Assembly (NCBI GenBank): GCA_035516035.1
Contig: DATJAS010000006.1
Location: forward strand, 8,522-72,521
Reading direction: 5' to 3'
DNA length: 64,000 bases
Source: Bacteroidota bacterium
GTDB lineage: Bacteria; Bacteroidota; Ignavibacteria; UBA10030; UBA6906
Made by a program: the position numbers and the translations under genes. The notes under the pieces are model-generated. The model had not been told where the DNA came from. It saw nothing but the letters and a program-made list of their open reading frames with translations, and searched no databases. Below, piece by piece: positions 30,808 to 39,895 of this stretch; positions within the stretch are counted from its first letter, which is position 1, and each line of letters starts with the position of its first letter.

Positions 30808-31755
30808 GTGATCACGACGGCGGCCCTTCGAAGGGGGACGCCCCCCAGATCGGACAGCGCGCTGCGCCGGGGCGTGGTCAGGGCGCTCCTGTACTACGAC
30901 ATCTGGCGCTATCCCCTGACATCCCTCGAGCTCCACGCCTTCCATCCCGGAGAGGCTTCATCGCACAGCCGGTTTGTCCTGGCACTGGATGCGATGGTGC
31001 GCGACGGGTCGCTCGCGCGGGAAGGAAACTACTACTGCCTCCCCGGGAGAGAAGAGGGGGCCCGGGAACGGCGCCGGAGAGAGCGGCACGCCCGGGGCAT
31101 GTGGATACTGGCGGGATGCGCCGCCCGTATCATCAAGTCGTTCCCTTTCGTCCGCGGGATCCTGGTCTCGGGCGATCTTTCCAAGAACGCCACCGGCAGG
31201 GGAAGCGACGTCGACTTCTTCATCCTGACGGAACCCGGACGCCTCTGGATCGCGAGGACGCTCCTGGTGATGTTCAAGAAGACCGTGCTGCTGAACAGCA
31301 AGAAGTTCTTCTGCGTCAACGCGTTCTGCGCCACGGACTCGATGGTCGTGGCCGACAGGAACATCTACCAGGCGACGGAGATCGCGCAGCTCAAGCCGCT
31401 CTACAATACGGCGCTCTTCCGGGCGTACCTCGACGCGAACGGGTGGATCCGGGAATACTTCCCGAACTTCAGCCCCGCCGCGCTCCGGCTCCCGAGAGCG
31501 ACGGAGCGGAGGAGCATCCTGCAGAGGCTCGCGGAATTCCCGTTCCGGTTCCTCCCCGCCGGCCGCATCGACGCCGCGCTGATGAGGGGGATGCGGCGCG
31601 AGTGGGCCCGGCGGCACCCCGAACTCGACGAGCGGACGCGCGAGGAGATTTTCCTCTGCGCGCCGGGGGAATCGCGGGCATTCGCCGGGAATTTCCAGGG
31701 AAAGGTCCTCCGCGCGTACGCGACCCGGCTCAGGGCGCACGGGGTCGCGCCGTGA
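30808..31755 (+). CDS. wHTH + nucleotidyltransferase (Pol-beta superfamily)-like protein; first gene of the ten-gene operon
   Basis: Begins at GTG 30808. GDLSKNATGRGSDVDFFI resembles the G[SG]-x(n)-DxD NTase motif. The N-terminal ~70 aa (ALLYYDIWRYPLTSLELHAF...MVRDGSL) looks like a winged helix. Confidence 0.55.
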   Translation: MITTAALRRGTPPRSDSALRRGVVRALLYYDIWRYPLTSLELHAFHPGEASSHSRFVLALDAMVRDGSLAREGNYYCLPGREEGARERRRRERHARGMWILAGCAARIIKSFPFVRGILVSGDLSKNATGRGSDVDFFILTEPGRLWIARTLLVMFKKTVLLNSKKFFCVNAFCATDSMVVADRNIYQATEIAQLKPLYNTALFRAYLDANGWIREYFPNFSPAALRLPRATERRSILQRLAEFPFRFLPAGRIDAALMRGMRREWARRHPELDERTREEIFLCAPGESRAFAGNFQGKVLRAYATRLRAHGVAP

Positions 31756-33224
31756 ACGGGGCCGACATCCTCTTCACACACTCCTATTTTCTCCGGTTCG
31801 ACCCGAAGGAACTCCGGGCGATGACGCCCTACCCGCCGCTGGGAACGCTCTACGCGGCCTCCATCGCGCGGGGGCTCGGCTACCGCCCGTCGCTCTTCGA
31901 CAGCATGCTCGCCGAAGGCGAGGCCGAAATCACGCCCGTGATACGCCGGCTCCGCCCGCGCATCGTCGCCATCTACGACGACGATTTCAATTACCTGACG
32001 AAAATGTGTCTCACGCGGATGCGCGAAGCGGCGTTCGCCCTTGCGGGCATCGCGCGCGGGGAAGGGTGCACGGTGATCGTGCACGGCTCCGACGCCGCCG
32101 ATCGCGCGGAGGAATACATCGCGCGCGGCGCCGATTACGTCCTGTGCGGCGAGGGAGAGGGACCCCTGGGCGACCTCCTCGTCGCGCTCAGGGACGGAGG
32201 GGACCCCTTCGCCGTGAGGGGCGTCGTCGCGCGCGACGGCCTCACGCTGCGGCGGACGCTCCCCCACGCCTCCGTGAGGGATCTTGACGCCCTCCCGATG
32301 CCCGCGTGGGACCTGATCGACGCCTCGCGGTACCGGGACGCCTGGGTGAACCGTCACGGCCATTTCTCGCTCAACATGGTCACGACGCGCGGCTGCCCTT
32401 TTCACTGCAACTGGTGCGCCAAGCCGATCTACGGGCAGGCGTACGCCTCCCGCTCGCCGGCCAACGTCGTCGATGAGATGATCCACCTGCGCCACACGCT
32501 CCACCCCGATCATCTCTGGTTCTGCGACGATATTTTCGGCCTGAAGCCGGGATGGCTCGGGGAGTTCGCCGCGGAGGTGAACCGCCGGGGCGCGCACACC
32601 CCGTTCAAGTGCCTGGCGAGAGTCGACCTCCTCCTCAAGGACAACGCCGTCGATCACCTTGCCGCCGCCGGCTGCACATCGGTCTGGGTCGGGGCGGAGT
32701 CCGGATCCCAGAAGATCCTCGACGCGATGGAAAAGGGGACGACGGTCGGACAGATCCACGAGGCCTCGCGTCTCCTCAGGGCAAAGGGCATCCGCACAGG
32801 ATTCTTCCTCCAGTTCGGTTACCCGGGTGAAACGCGCGCGGACATCGATCGCACGCTCGCCATGGTGAGGGACTGTCTTCCTGACGACATCGGCATTTCC
32901 GTCTCTTACCCGCTCCCGGGAACCCCCTTCTACGAGAGCGTTCGCCGTTCGCTCGGGGGGAAAAAGAACTGGCGCGTGAGCGAAGACCTCGACCTGATGT
33001 TCCCGGGAGAATTCCATCCGGATTTCTACAGGGCGCTTCATGCCCTGACGCACAAACGCCTCAGGGTCTGGCAGGGGGTGAAGGAGGCGAGAGCACTGGC
33101 GGCGGCGCCATGGACCGCCTCGGGCGCAAAGCTCCGCCGCGTGGCCGGCGGGGCGTACCATGTCCTGACGCTCCCGTACTACCGCAGGAAGATGCATGCG
33201 CTCGAAAAACCCCTCCAGGCCTGA
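31752..33224 (+). CDS. Cobalamin (B12)-binding-domain radical SAM enzyme 1 (class B)
   Basis: N-terminal B12-domain-like region (PYPPLGTLYAASIARGLGY ... IVAIYDDD) and a radical SAM triad in TTRGCPFHCNWCAKP (CxxxCxxC). Start at GTG 31752 forms a GTGA overlap. The track's 909-aa ORF from 30495 is an artefactual N-terminal extension. Confidence 0.85.
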   Translation: MNGADILFTHSYFLRFDPKELRAMTPYPPLGTLYAASIARGLGYRPSLFDSMLAEGEAEITPVIRRLRPRIVAIYDDDFNYLTKMCLTRMREAAFALAGIARGEGCTVIVHGSDAADRAEEYIARGADYVLCGEGEGPLGDLLVALRDGGDPFAVRGVVARDGLTLRRTLPHASVRDLDALPMPAWDLIDASRYRDAWVNRHGHFSLNMVTTRGCPFHCNWCAKPIYGQAYASRSPANVVDEMIHLRHTLHPDHLWFCDDIFGLKPGWLGEFAAEVNRRGAHTPFKCLARVDLLLKDNAVDHLAAAGCTSVWVGAESGSQKILDAMEKGTTVGQIHEASRLLRAKGIRTGFFLQFGYPGETRADIDRTLAMVRDCLPDDIGISVSYPLPGTPFYESVRRSLGGKKNWRVSEDLDLMFPGEFHPDFYRALHALTHKRLRVWQGVKEARALAAAPWTASGAKLRRVAGGAYHVLTLPYYRRKMHALEKPLQA

Positions 33225-34269
33225 CCGCTTCTCCCACCGTGCCTGGCGCGGTGCGGCCCCTCCCCGGAGCGTCCTCCTCATCAGGCTTCACGCGCTCGGG
33301 GACGTGGCAATCGTGCTCCCGCTGGCCGGCTCCATTGCCAGGGAGTGGCCCGGCGCACGCATCGACATGCTGACCGCTCCCCCCGCAGATTCAATCGCCA
33401 GGCTCGCCAGGGCAATCAGCAACGTCTACGTCTACGAGGTTGCCCCGTCCAGGCTCGCGCGCATCGTCGACGCGTTCACGTACGGGCTTGCGGTCAGGAG
33501 GATGCGCTATGATGCTATTATCGACATTCAATCAAACTACATAACCCGTATCATCCGCTGGAGTTCAGGCGTTCGCTCATGGAGTGAATTCGATCGGTTC
33601 TCGCCTCTCTCCGCAGCCGAGCGCGCCCGGCGCTCTCTCGCTGCATGCGGAGTTCCCCGCCCCGCGTTTGATATCCCGGCTAAGATACGGGAGGAATCGC
33701 TCAAGGAAGCCCGGATGAGGCTCCGTGCCGCCGGCTGGGACGGGAGCACGAGGCTCGCGGTCTTCAATCCCGCGGGCCTCTGGGTCACGAGGAACTGGCC
33801 CCTGGAGAACTACGTTGAACTCTACAGACTCTGGAGCAAGCGGGAACCCCTCCGCGTGCTCATGCTCGGGACCGACCGCATACGGGAGTCCTCCCGGGCG
33901 ATCGCACAGGCATGCGGGAACGACATCATAAACCTCGCGGCGCAAACCTCGGCCGGCGAAGCATTTGCACTTCTGCGCCTTGCTGACGTCATTATCACCG
34001 AAGATTCCGGCCTGATGCACATGGCGTGGAGCGCGGGAACCCCCGTCGTGGCTCTCTTCGGATCCACGAACAGTGCATGGTCCTCCCCGCCCGGAGACCG
34101 GGCCGTCTGCCTCGATTCCAGCGACCTCCCCTGTGGCTGCTGCATGGAGCCCCGGTGCGCATTCGGCGACGTCCGTTGTCTTGCCCGCCGGGCGCCCGGG
34201 GAGGTGCTCGGCGCAGCCCTCGGGCTCATTGAGCGCGTCCACGCCCACACACAAACTGCACCCGGTTGA
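33196..34269 (+). CDS. Glycosyltransferase family 9 (heptosyltransferase-like)
   Basis: LLIRLHALGDVAIVLPL, NPAGLWVTRNWP and ITEDSGLMHMAWSAGTPVVALFGSTN match the WaaC/WaaF-type pattern. Confidence 0.8.
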   Translation: MRSKNPSRPDRFSHRAWRGAAPPRSVLLIRLHALGDVAIVLPLAGSIAREWPGARIDMLTAPPADSIARLARAISNVYVYEVAPSRLARIVDAFTYGLAVRRMRYDAIIDIQSNYITRIIRWSSGVRSWSEFDRFSPLSAAERARRSLAACGVPRPAFDIPAKIREESLKEARMRLRAAGWDGSTRLAVFNPAGLWVTRNWPLENYVELYRLWSKREPLRVLMLGTDRIRESSRAIAQACGNDIINLAAQTSAGEAFALLRLADVIITEDSGLMHMAWSAGTPVVALFGSTNSAWSSPPGDRAVCLDSSDLPCGCCMEPRCAFGDVRCLARRAPGEVLGAALGLIERVHAHTQTAPG

Positions 34270-35540
34270 TGTTCCGTATCACGATATTCGTCGTCGTTGC
34301 CGGCCTCCAGTACCTCTGCTACCGCCATGCGCGCACATGGGCTGCACGGCGCTTTCCGGGGAGCCGTCGGGCGGCCACGCTGGTCAACGCCTTCTTCTCG
34401 CTCTTCGCCGTCACGCTCTTCGTCGCCGTGTTCCTCGGCATGGCGGGGGGTGCGCTCCCGGGATGGCTCACCGCACTCCTTGCACGCCCGTTCTACATCT
34501 GGCTCGGGGGAACGATCGGTCTCGGCCTCGCGCTCATTGTCTGGATGATTGTCACGGCCCCGCTGCGCCTGGGCAGGGCGATCGCCCTGCGCATCCCGCG
34601 CCTCGGCAGGGCCTACCGCGCGATCACGGCCCACCGGGGCGCGCGCCGGTTTGACGCAGCGCGCAGGGCCTTCCTCTTCCACGCCGCGGAGGGGGTGGCC
34701 GTGGCGTCGTTCGGCGGCGCGACATACGGGGTATTCCGGGGGCGGTACGGCTACCAGTACACGGACTCAACGATGGAGCTGGCCACACTCCCCCGGGAGC
34801 TGGACGGATTCACGATCGGCCTCCTCTCCGACATCCACTCCAGCTCGTTCATGACCAGGAGGGACATGGACGGCTACTGCCGCGGCGTGATGTCGCTCGG
34901 TGCCGACCTCATCGTCGTCCCGGGCGACTTCGTCAACAGCCAGACAAGCGAAGTGTATCCCTTTGCCGAATCGTTCAGCGCTTTGCATGCGCCCTGCGGC
35001 GTGTTCGGCGTCATGGGAAATCACGATTTCTACGCGGGGGACCCCGAGCGCGTCGCCCGCGAGGTCGACGGGTGCGGCGTCCGGCTCCTGAGAAACGACA
35101 GCGTGTTCATCGAGCGCGGCGGGGCCCGGTTTGCGCTCGCCGGCATCGACGACGTGGGGCGGCGGGAAACGGCCGCCGCATACATGCGCCGCGCGCTCAG
35201 GTCCATTCCCGACGGCACCCCGAGGATCCTCCTCTCGCACAGGCCGTATTTCATCGGCGAGGCGGGCCTGGAGGGGGTCGACCTTGTGCTGAGCGGGCAC
35301 ACGCACGGGGGACAGATCGTCCTCGGGCAGATCGGCGGCATCACGCTGACACCGGCCGCCCTGGCTTCTCCGTACATCTGGGGAAAATACAGGCTGGGGC
35401 GGACACAGATGTACGTCTCCAGGGGGATCGGGACGGTGGGGCTCCCCATGAGAATCAACTGTCCCCCCGAGATTACCAAGATCACGCTCAGGGCCGCCTC
35501 ACCGCCCCCCGGGGGGAGCGCCGATGCCCACGGCGCGTGA
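34269..35540 (+). CDS. Polytopic membrane metallophosphoesterase (calcineurin-like, YkuE/YaeI type)
   Basis: About 4 N-terminal TM helices, then the DIH, GDFV, GNHDFY and GHTHGGQ motifs. ATG 34269 overlaps the GT9 stop (TGATG). Confidence 0.8.
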   Translation: MFRITIFVVVAGLQYLCYRHARTWAARRFPGSRRAATLVNAFFSLFAVTLFVAVFLGMAGGALPGWLTALLARPFYIWLGGTIGLGLALIVWMIVTAPLRLGRAIALRIPRLGRAYRAITAHRGARRFDAARRAFLFHAAEGVAVASFGGATYGVFRGRYGYQYTDSTMELATLPRELDGFTIGLLSDIHSSSFMTRRDMDGYCRGVMSLGADLIVVPGDFVNSQTSEVYPFAESFSALHAPCGVFGVMGNHDFYAGDPERVAREVDGCGVRLLRNDSVFIERGGARFALAGIDDVGRRETAAAYMRRALRSIPDGTPRILLSHRPYFIGEAGLEGVDLVLSGHTHGGQIVLGQIGGITLTPAALASPYIWGKYRLGRTQMYVSRGIGTVGLPMRINCPPEITKITLRAASPPPGGSADAHGA

Positions 35541-37254
35541 GACGGCATCCCCGGGAGCGGACCGACCCCCCTTCCTCCCGAACGTGCGGTTCCTCTGGAG
35601 ATTTGCCAGGGAGCGGAGGACACGGCTCGCACTCGCGCTAGCGGCGCTCACACTGGTGTCCGCGACATCGCTCCTCTATCCGTGGCTCCTGAAGGTGATG
35701 ATCGACCGCCTCGGCCGCGGCGCTCCCCCGGAAGCGGGCATCGGGGGGATGGCAACTCTCCTCATCGCGGTGCTCGCGCTCTCGGGGGCCGCGGGCTACT
35801 ACGAGCAGGTGGAGCTGAAGAAACTCGGGTACCTCCTCCGCAACGCGGTGCGCGAGTCGCTCCACGCATCCCTTCTCGCCCGGGAAATGGCGTTTCACCG
35901 GGCTTCGCGACTGGGGGAGCTTTCTGCGCGCGCCTCCGCCGACGTCGGCACGCTTGCGGACATCTACACGGGACTCCTCGCCCCCGCGATCCAGAACGCC
36001 CTCTTCATCGCAGGATGCCTTGCCCTCATGCTCCTGCTGAACTGGCTCGCCACGATACTCGTCCTCCTCCTGGTCCTCGCGCCGCTGCCGGTCATCGCAC
36101 GCCTGGGACGGAAGATCCGCGCAGCGACCGCGCACGGGCGCGCGGGCGCGGCGCGCGCACATGCGCTGTTCGAAGAATCGCTCTCCGCGATCCGCGAGAT
36201 CAAGGCGTTCTCGCGCGAGCGCCTCGAGGCTTCACGGTATGCCGGCGCCCTCCGGGACGCCCTCCGGGGCGAAATGGAGGGAGCCGTGCTCCAGATCGGC
36301 ATCAACCAGGTCGTCTACATGCTCGCCTCCGGCGCGCTCCTGGCGATATTCTTCCTGGGGACGCGTCGCACGTTTCTCCCGGCGTGGTCGCTTGGCGACG
36401 TGGTGGCGTTTTACTTTTACTCGTACACGATGATGATGGCGGTCCTTTCCGCGGGGAAAGTCGTTCTCTCGGCGCACGAAACCGCGGGGGCGCTCGAACG
36501 GGTCATTGAGCTCGCTGCGCCTGCAGCGGCCCCCCCCCACGCTGACTCCGTGCGAGAGACGCCCCGCGGCACGGCGATCGAAATGGAAGGCGTCCGGTTC
36601 TCGTATGACGGCGAGAGGCAAATCCTGGACGGCGTGTCGCTCGCCATCCCCCCGGGCACGTGGCAGGTCATCACCGGTCCCTCGGGGAGCGGCAAATCGA
36701 CGCTCGCCGCGCTCCTCATCGGGCTCTACCGGCCCGATGCGGGGAGCGTGCGCGTTGGAGGACTCGCTCCCGATGCGGGGCTCTCCCGCGCCCGGGACGT
36801 CGGGTACGCGGGACAGGAGCCACTCCTCCTGCACGGCACGCTGCGGGAGAACATCGCGTTCGCCGACGCCCCCGCGACAGGAGCGATGATCGCGGGGGTC
36901 GTCGAGGCGTGCTGCCTCGCGCCCCTCGTACGGTCGCTCCCCCTGGGACTCGACACGCCGGTGGGCGAGCGGGGGTACACGCTCAGCGGCGGCGAGAAAT
37001 CCCGCGTGGCGATCGCGCGCGCGCTCCTGCACGACCCTCCCCTCCTGATCCTGGACGAGGTGAACACGATGCTGGACGCCGGGACGGAACGGGCGCTCTG
37101 GAGGAATCTGACCGCGCTTCGCCGGGGGCTGACCACGATCGTCATCACGCACCACGCCGGGGGAGTCCCGGGCGGGGAGGGGGCCCTCGAACTCCGCGGG
37201 GGAGTCGTTCTCCAGCAGGCCGCCGGCGCGCTCGTCGGCGCGGGAGCGCGATGA
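35524..37254 (+). CDS. ABC exporter, fused permease/ATPase (MsbA-like)
   Basis: Six-TM N-terminal half, Walker A GPSGSGKST, signature LSGGEKSRVAIARAL, and Walker B LLILDE. Confidence 0.85.
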   Translation: MPTARETASPGADRPPFLPNVRFLWRFARERRTRLALALAALTLVSATSLLYPWLLKVMIDRLGRGAPPEAGIGGMATLLIAVLALSGAAGYYEQVELKKLGYLLRNAVRESLHASLLAREMAFHRASRLGELSARASADVGTLADIYTGLLAPAIQNALFIAGCLALMLLLNWLATILVLLLVLAPLPVIARLGRKIRAATAHGRAGAARAHALFEESLSAIREIKAFSRERLEASRYAGALRDALRGEMEGAVLQIGINQVVYMLASGALLAIFFLGTRRTFLPAWSLGDVVAFYFYSYTMMMAVLSAGKVVLSAHETAGALERVIELAAPAAAPPHADSVRETPRGTAIEMEGVRFSYDGERQILDGVSLAIPPGTWQVITGPSGSGKSTLAALLIGLYRPDAGSVRVGGLAPDAGLSRARDVGYAGQEPLLLHGTLRENIAFADAPATGAMIAGVVEACCLAPLVRSLPLGLDTPVGERGYTLSGGEKSRVAIARALLHDPPLLILDEVNTMLDAGTERALWRNLTALRRGLTTIVITHHAGGVPGGEGALELRGGVVLQQAAGALVGAGAR

Positions 37255-38429
37255 CGCGCGTCGCCATGTTCATACACGGCGGGATCGTCCCCCCCGCATC
37301 GACGGAGAGCGTCCCGGCTCTCTGTGCGCTCGTGGACGCCCTCTCCGTGTCGTGCGACGTGACCGTGTATACGACCGTCGGGCCCGACGGCCGGGACGCG
37401 CCGTTCCATGCCGGGAAGGCGCTCGTGAAATTCGTCCGCGCGCGGCAGGACGACAGTCCCCTCCGCAGAGCGCTGGCCACATCGCGCGCATTCCTGGCAG
37501 ACCGGCGGCGGGAACCGTACGATCTCGTGCACGGATTCTGGGGGCTCCCCGGGGGACTCGCAGCCGTCGTCGCCGCGCGCATGGCGGGACTCCCCGCGGT
37601 CGTCACGCTCCTGGGGGGCGAGGCGGCCGCGCTTCGCTCGATCGGCTACGGGAACATGCGCACCGCACCGGGACGCGCGCTGACGCTCCGCGTCTGCCGG
37701 GATGCCGACGCGCTGACGCTGCTGACCCGGGCGCAGCTTGCGGGACTCCGGCGCTTCGGGTTCGAGCGGGAGGAAGGAGTGTACGTGATCCCGTTCGGGG
37801 CGGATGCCGCGCTCTTCCCCCCCGTCAACGCGTTCCCGCCGGCTCCCCCCTTTCAATTCCTCCACGTCGGGCACATCAACCGGGTGAAAGACCAGGCGAC
37901 GCTGCTCCGGGCGTTTCGCTCCGTGCGCGCCGAAATCGACTGCAGGCTCCGGATCGTCGGTGAGGACACGCTCGGCGGATCGCTCCAGGCGCTGGCACGC
38001 GAACTGGGCGTGGCGCACGACGTGACATTCACGGGGTACGCGGACCACGGGTCGCTCGGCGCGCATTTTGCCCGGGCTCACCTCCTCATCCACACGTCGC
38101 TCTACGAAGGAGAGGGGGTCGTCTTCGCGGAAGCCGCCTCATCGGGCCTTCCGATCTGCGGTACGGAGGTCGGTCTCTGTGCGGACCTCGGTCCCGCGTT
38201 TGCCACGACCGTCCCCCCGGGGGAGCCGGCACGGCTCGCGGGCGCGATTCTCGGACTCCTGCGCGACCCCGGGGCGATGGAGCGACAGCGCGCGCACGCG
38301 CTCGCCTGGGCGCACGCGCACACGCCAGCCTGGACGGCCGGCCAGTTCACACGCATCTACGGGGAGCTTGCAGGGGGGACGCACTCCCCGCGCGCACTTC
38401 CCGAAGCCGCCTGGAGTCCGCCCGCATGA
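37251..38429 (+). CDS. Glycosyltransferase family 4 (GT-B, retaining type)
   Basis: FLHVGHINRVKD and the EX7E region HTSLYEGEGVVFAEAASSGLP. Start at ATG 37251 (ATGA overlap). The track's ORF from 36660 is an upstream artefact. Confidence 0.8.
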   Translation: MTRVAMFIHGGIVPPASTESVPALCALVDALSVSCDVTVYTTVGPDGRDAPFHAGKALVKFVRARQDDSPLRRALATSRAFLADRRREPYDLVHGFWGLPGGLAAVVAARMAGLPAVVTLLGGEAAALRSIGYGNMRTAPGRALTLRVCRDADALTLLTRAQLAGLRRFGFEREEGVYVIPFGADAALFPPVNAFPPAPPFQFLHVGHINRVKDQATLLRAFRSVRAEIDCRLRIVGEDTLGGSLQALARELGVAHDVTFTGYADHGSLGAHFARAHLLIHTSLYEGEGVVFAEAASSGLPICGTEVGLCADLGPAFATTVPPGEPARLAGAILGLLRDPGAMERQRAHALAWAHAHTPAWTAGQFTRIYGELAGGTHSPRALPEAAWSPPA

Positions 38430-39895
38430 TCGCACTGGTAAATCCCCGTTCCACGCGGTGGAGGTACAGGATCCCCCTTTCCGTCCTGTCGCTCGGGGCC
38501 TCGCTCGAGGGGCGATTCCCGTACGAGATCCTCGACGGCAACCTCCACCCGGATGCCGGCGAAGCGCTCCTCGGCCTCATCAGGGACCGGGGAGTCCGCT
38601 ACCTTGGACTCACGGTGATGCCGGGACCGCAACTTGAAGAATCGATCCGGCTCTCGCGCCTCGTGCGCGAGCGGGAGCCCGCCGTCACGATTATCTGGGG
38701 AGGATACTTCCCCACGCTCCATCCCGACGTCGTGCTCGGCGCGCCGTACGTGGATTGTGTGATCCGCGACCAGGGGGACCACGCGCTCCCGGCGCTCATC
38801 GAGCGCCTCGAGCGGGGAGAGTCTCCGGGCGGGATCCCCGGCGTGTCGTTCAAAGAGAACGGGATACGGCACAACGAAAAGCAGAAGCTGATCGACCCCA
38901 ACACGCTCCCCCCTCTTCCCTACGACCGCGTGGACATTCCCCGCTATATCGGGCGGACGTGCCTGGGAACGCGGACGGTCAACTACCACTCCAGCGTCGG
39001 GTGCCCGTTTCTGTGCGGCTTCTGCGCGGTCGCGGCCTCGTACGGCGCGCGGTGGATCGGTCTGGCACCGGAGCGGATCGCGGCGGATCTCCGGTGGTTC
39101 AGGGAGCGCCACGGCGTCAACGCGGTCGAATTCCACGACAACAATTTCTTCACATCCGAGCGGCGGACGCTCGAATTCGCCGAGAGAATCGCCCCCGAAG
39201 GGCTCGCCTGGTGGGGGGAAGCGCGCCCCGACACGCTGCTCGCGTACGACGACCGGACCTGGCGCGCGATGCAGCGCTCCGGCTGCGCCATGATTTTCAT
39301 GGGCGCGGAGTCGGGCTCGAGCGAGGTGCTGAGGCTGATGGACAAGGGGGGGACACAGACACCGGAGACGGTGCTCGCGCTCGCCGAGCGGATGCGGGAA
39401 TACGGCATCGTCCCGGAATTCTCGTTCGTGATGGGAAGCCCGACGGCGACTGTCGACGAGGACATCGAACGGGACATCCGGTTTATCCGCAGGATCAAGA
39501 TGATCAACCCCGCGGCGGAGATCGTCATGTACGTTTACTCCCCGGTGAATTTCTCTGACGCGGAACTCTTCGCCGCCGCCCGGAAAGACGACTTCGCCTA
39601 CCCCCGCACGCTGGACGACTGGATGCGCCCGGAGTGGCGGATGCACGATCTGCGCAAGCGCCCCGTCACCCCCTGGCTGCGCAGGCGGCACATCGCGCGG
39701 ATCAGGAACTTCGAGCGGGTGCTGAACGCCCGTTATCCGACGCGGTCCGATCTGAGGCTGACTGCGGCACGGAAGGGGATGCTCGGTGCCCTGGGCCGCT
39801 GGCGGTACGACCTGGGGATCTACGCGGCCCCCCTTGAAATCGCGCTGGCCCAGCGGCTCATCCGGTACCGCCAGCCCGAGACGGAGGGATTCTGA
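38426..39895 (+). CDS. Cobalamin (B12)-binding-domain radical SAM enzyme 2 (class B)
   Basis: N-terminal B12-like domain (PLSVLSLGASL ... YLGLTVMPGPQ) and a radical SAM triad in SSVGCPFLCGFCAV. ATGA overlap at 38426-38429. Confidence 0.85.
   Translation: MIALVNPRSTRWRYRIPLSVLSLGASLEGRFPYEILDGNLHPDAGEALLGLIRDRGVRYLGLTVMPGPQLEESIRLSRLVREREPAVTIIWGGYFPTLHPDVVLGAPYVDCVIRDQGDHALPALIERLERGESPGGIPGVSFKENGIRHNEKQKLIDPNTLPPLPYDRVDIPRYIGRTCLGTRTVNYHSSVGCPFLCGFCAVAASYGARWIGLAPERIAADLRWFRERHGVNAVEFHDNNFFTSERRTLEFAERIAPEGLAWWGEARPDTLLAYDDRTWRAMQRSGCAMIFMGAESGSSEVLRLMDKGGTQTPETVLALAERMREYGIVPEFSFVMGSPTATVDEDIERDIRFIRRIKMINPAAEIVMYVYSPVNFSDAELFAAARKDDFAYPRTLDDWMRPEWRMHDLRKRPVTPWLRRRHIARIRNFERVLNARYPTRSDLRLTAARKGMLGALGRWRYDLGIYAAPLEIALAQRLIRYRQPETEGF

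Noticed and set aside
30495-31751. N-terminal 419 codons of the 909-aa track ORF 30495-33224. Analogous upstream extensions occur in the track ORFs for purL (10144-10446), GT4 (36660-37250), ctaB (45334-46083), ctaA (46347-46613), coxIV (48036-48677), aspartate kinase (60926-62167), the P-loop protein (63059-63454), bshC (56173-56517) and glnA (27381-27458).
   Set aside because: The extensions are Arg/Pro/Gly-rich, overlap well-supported neighbouring genes, and end exactly where a start codon forms an ATGA/GTGA overlap with the upstream stop. The recognisable protein begins at that internal start.
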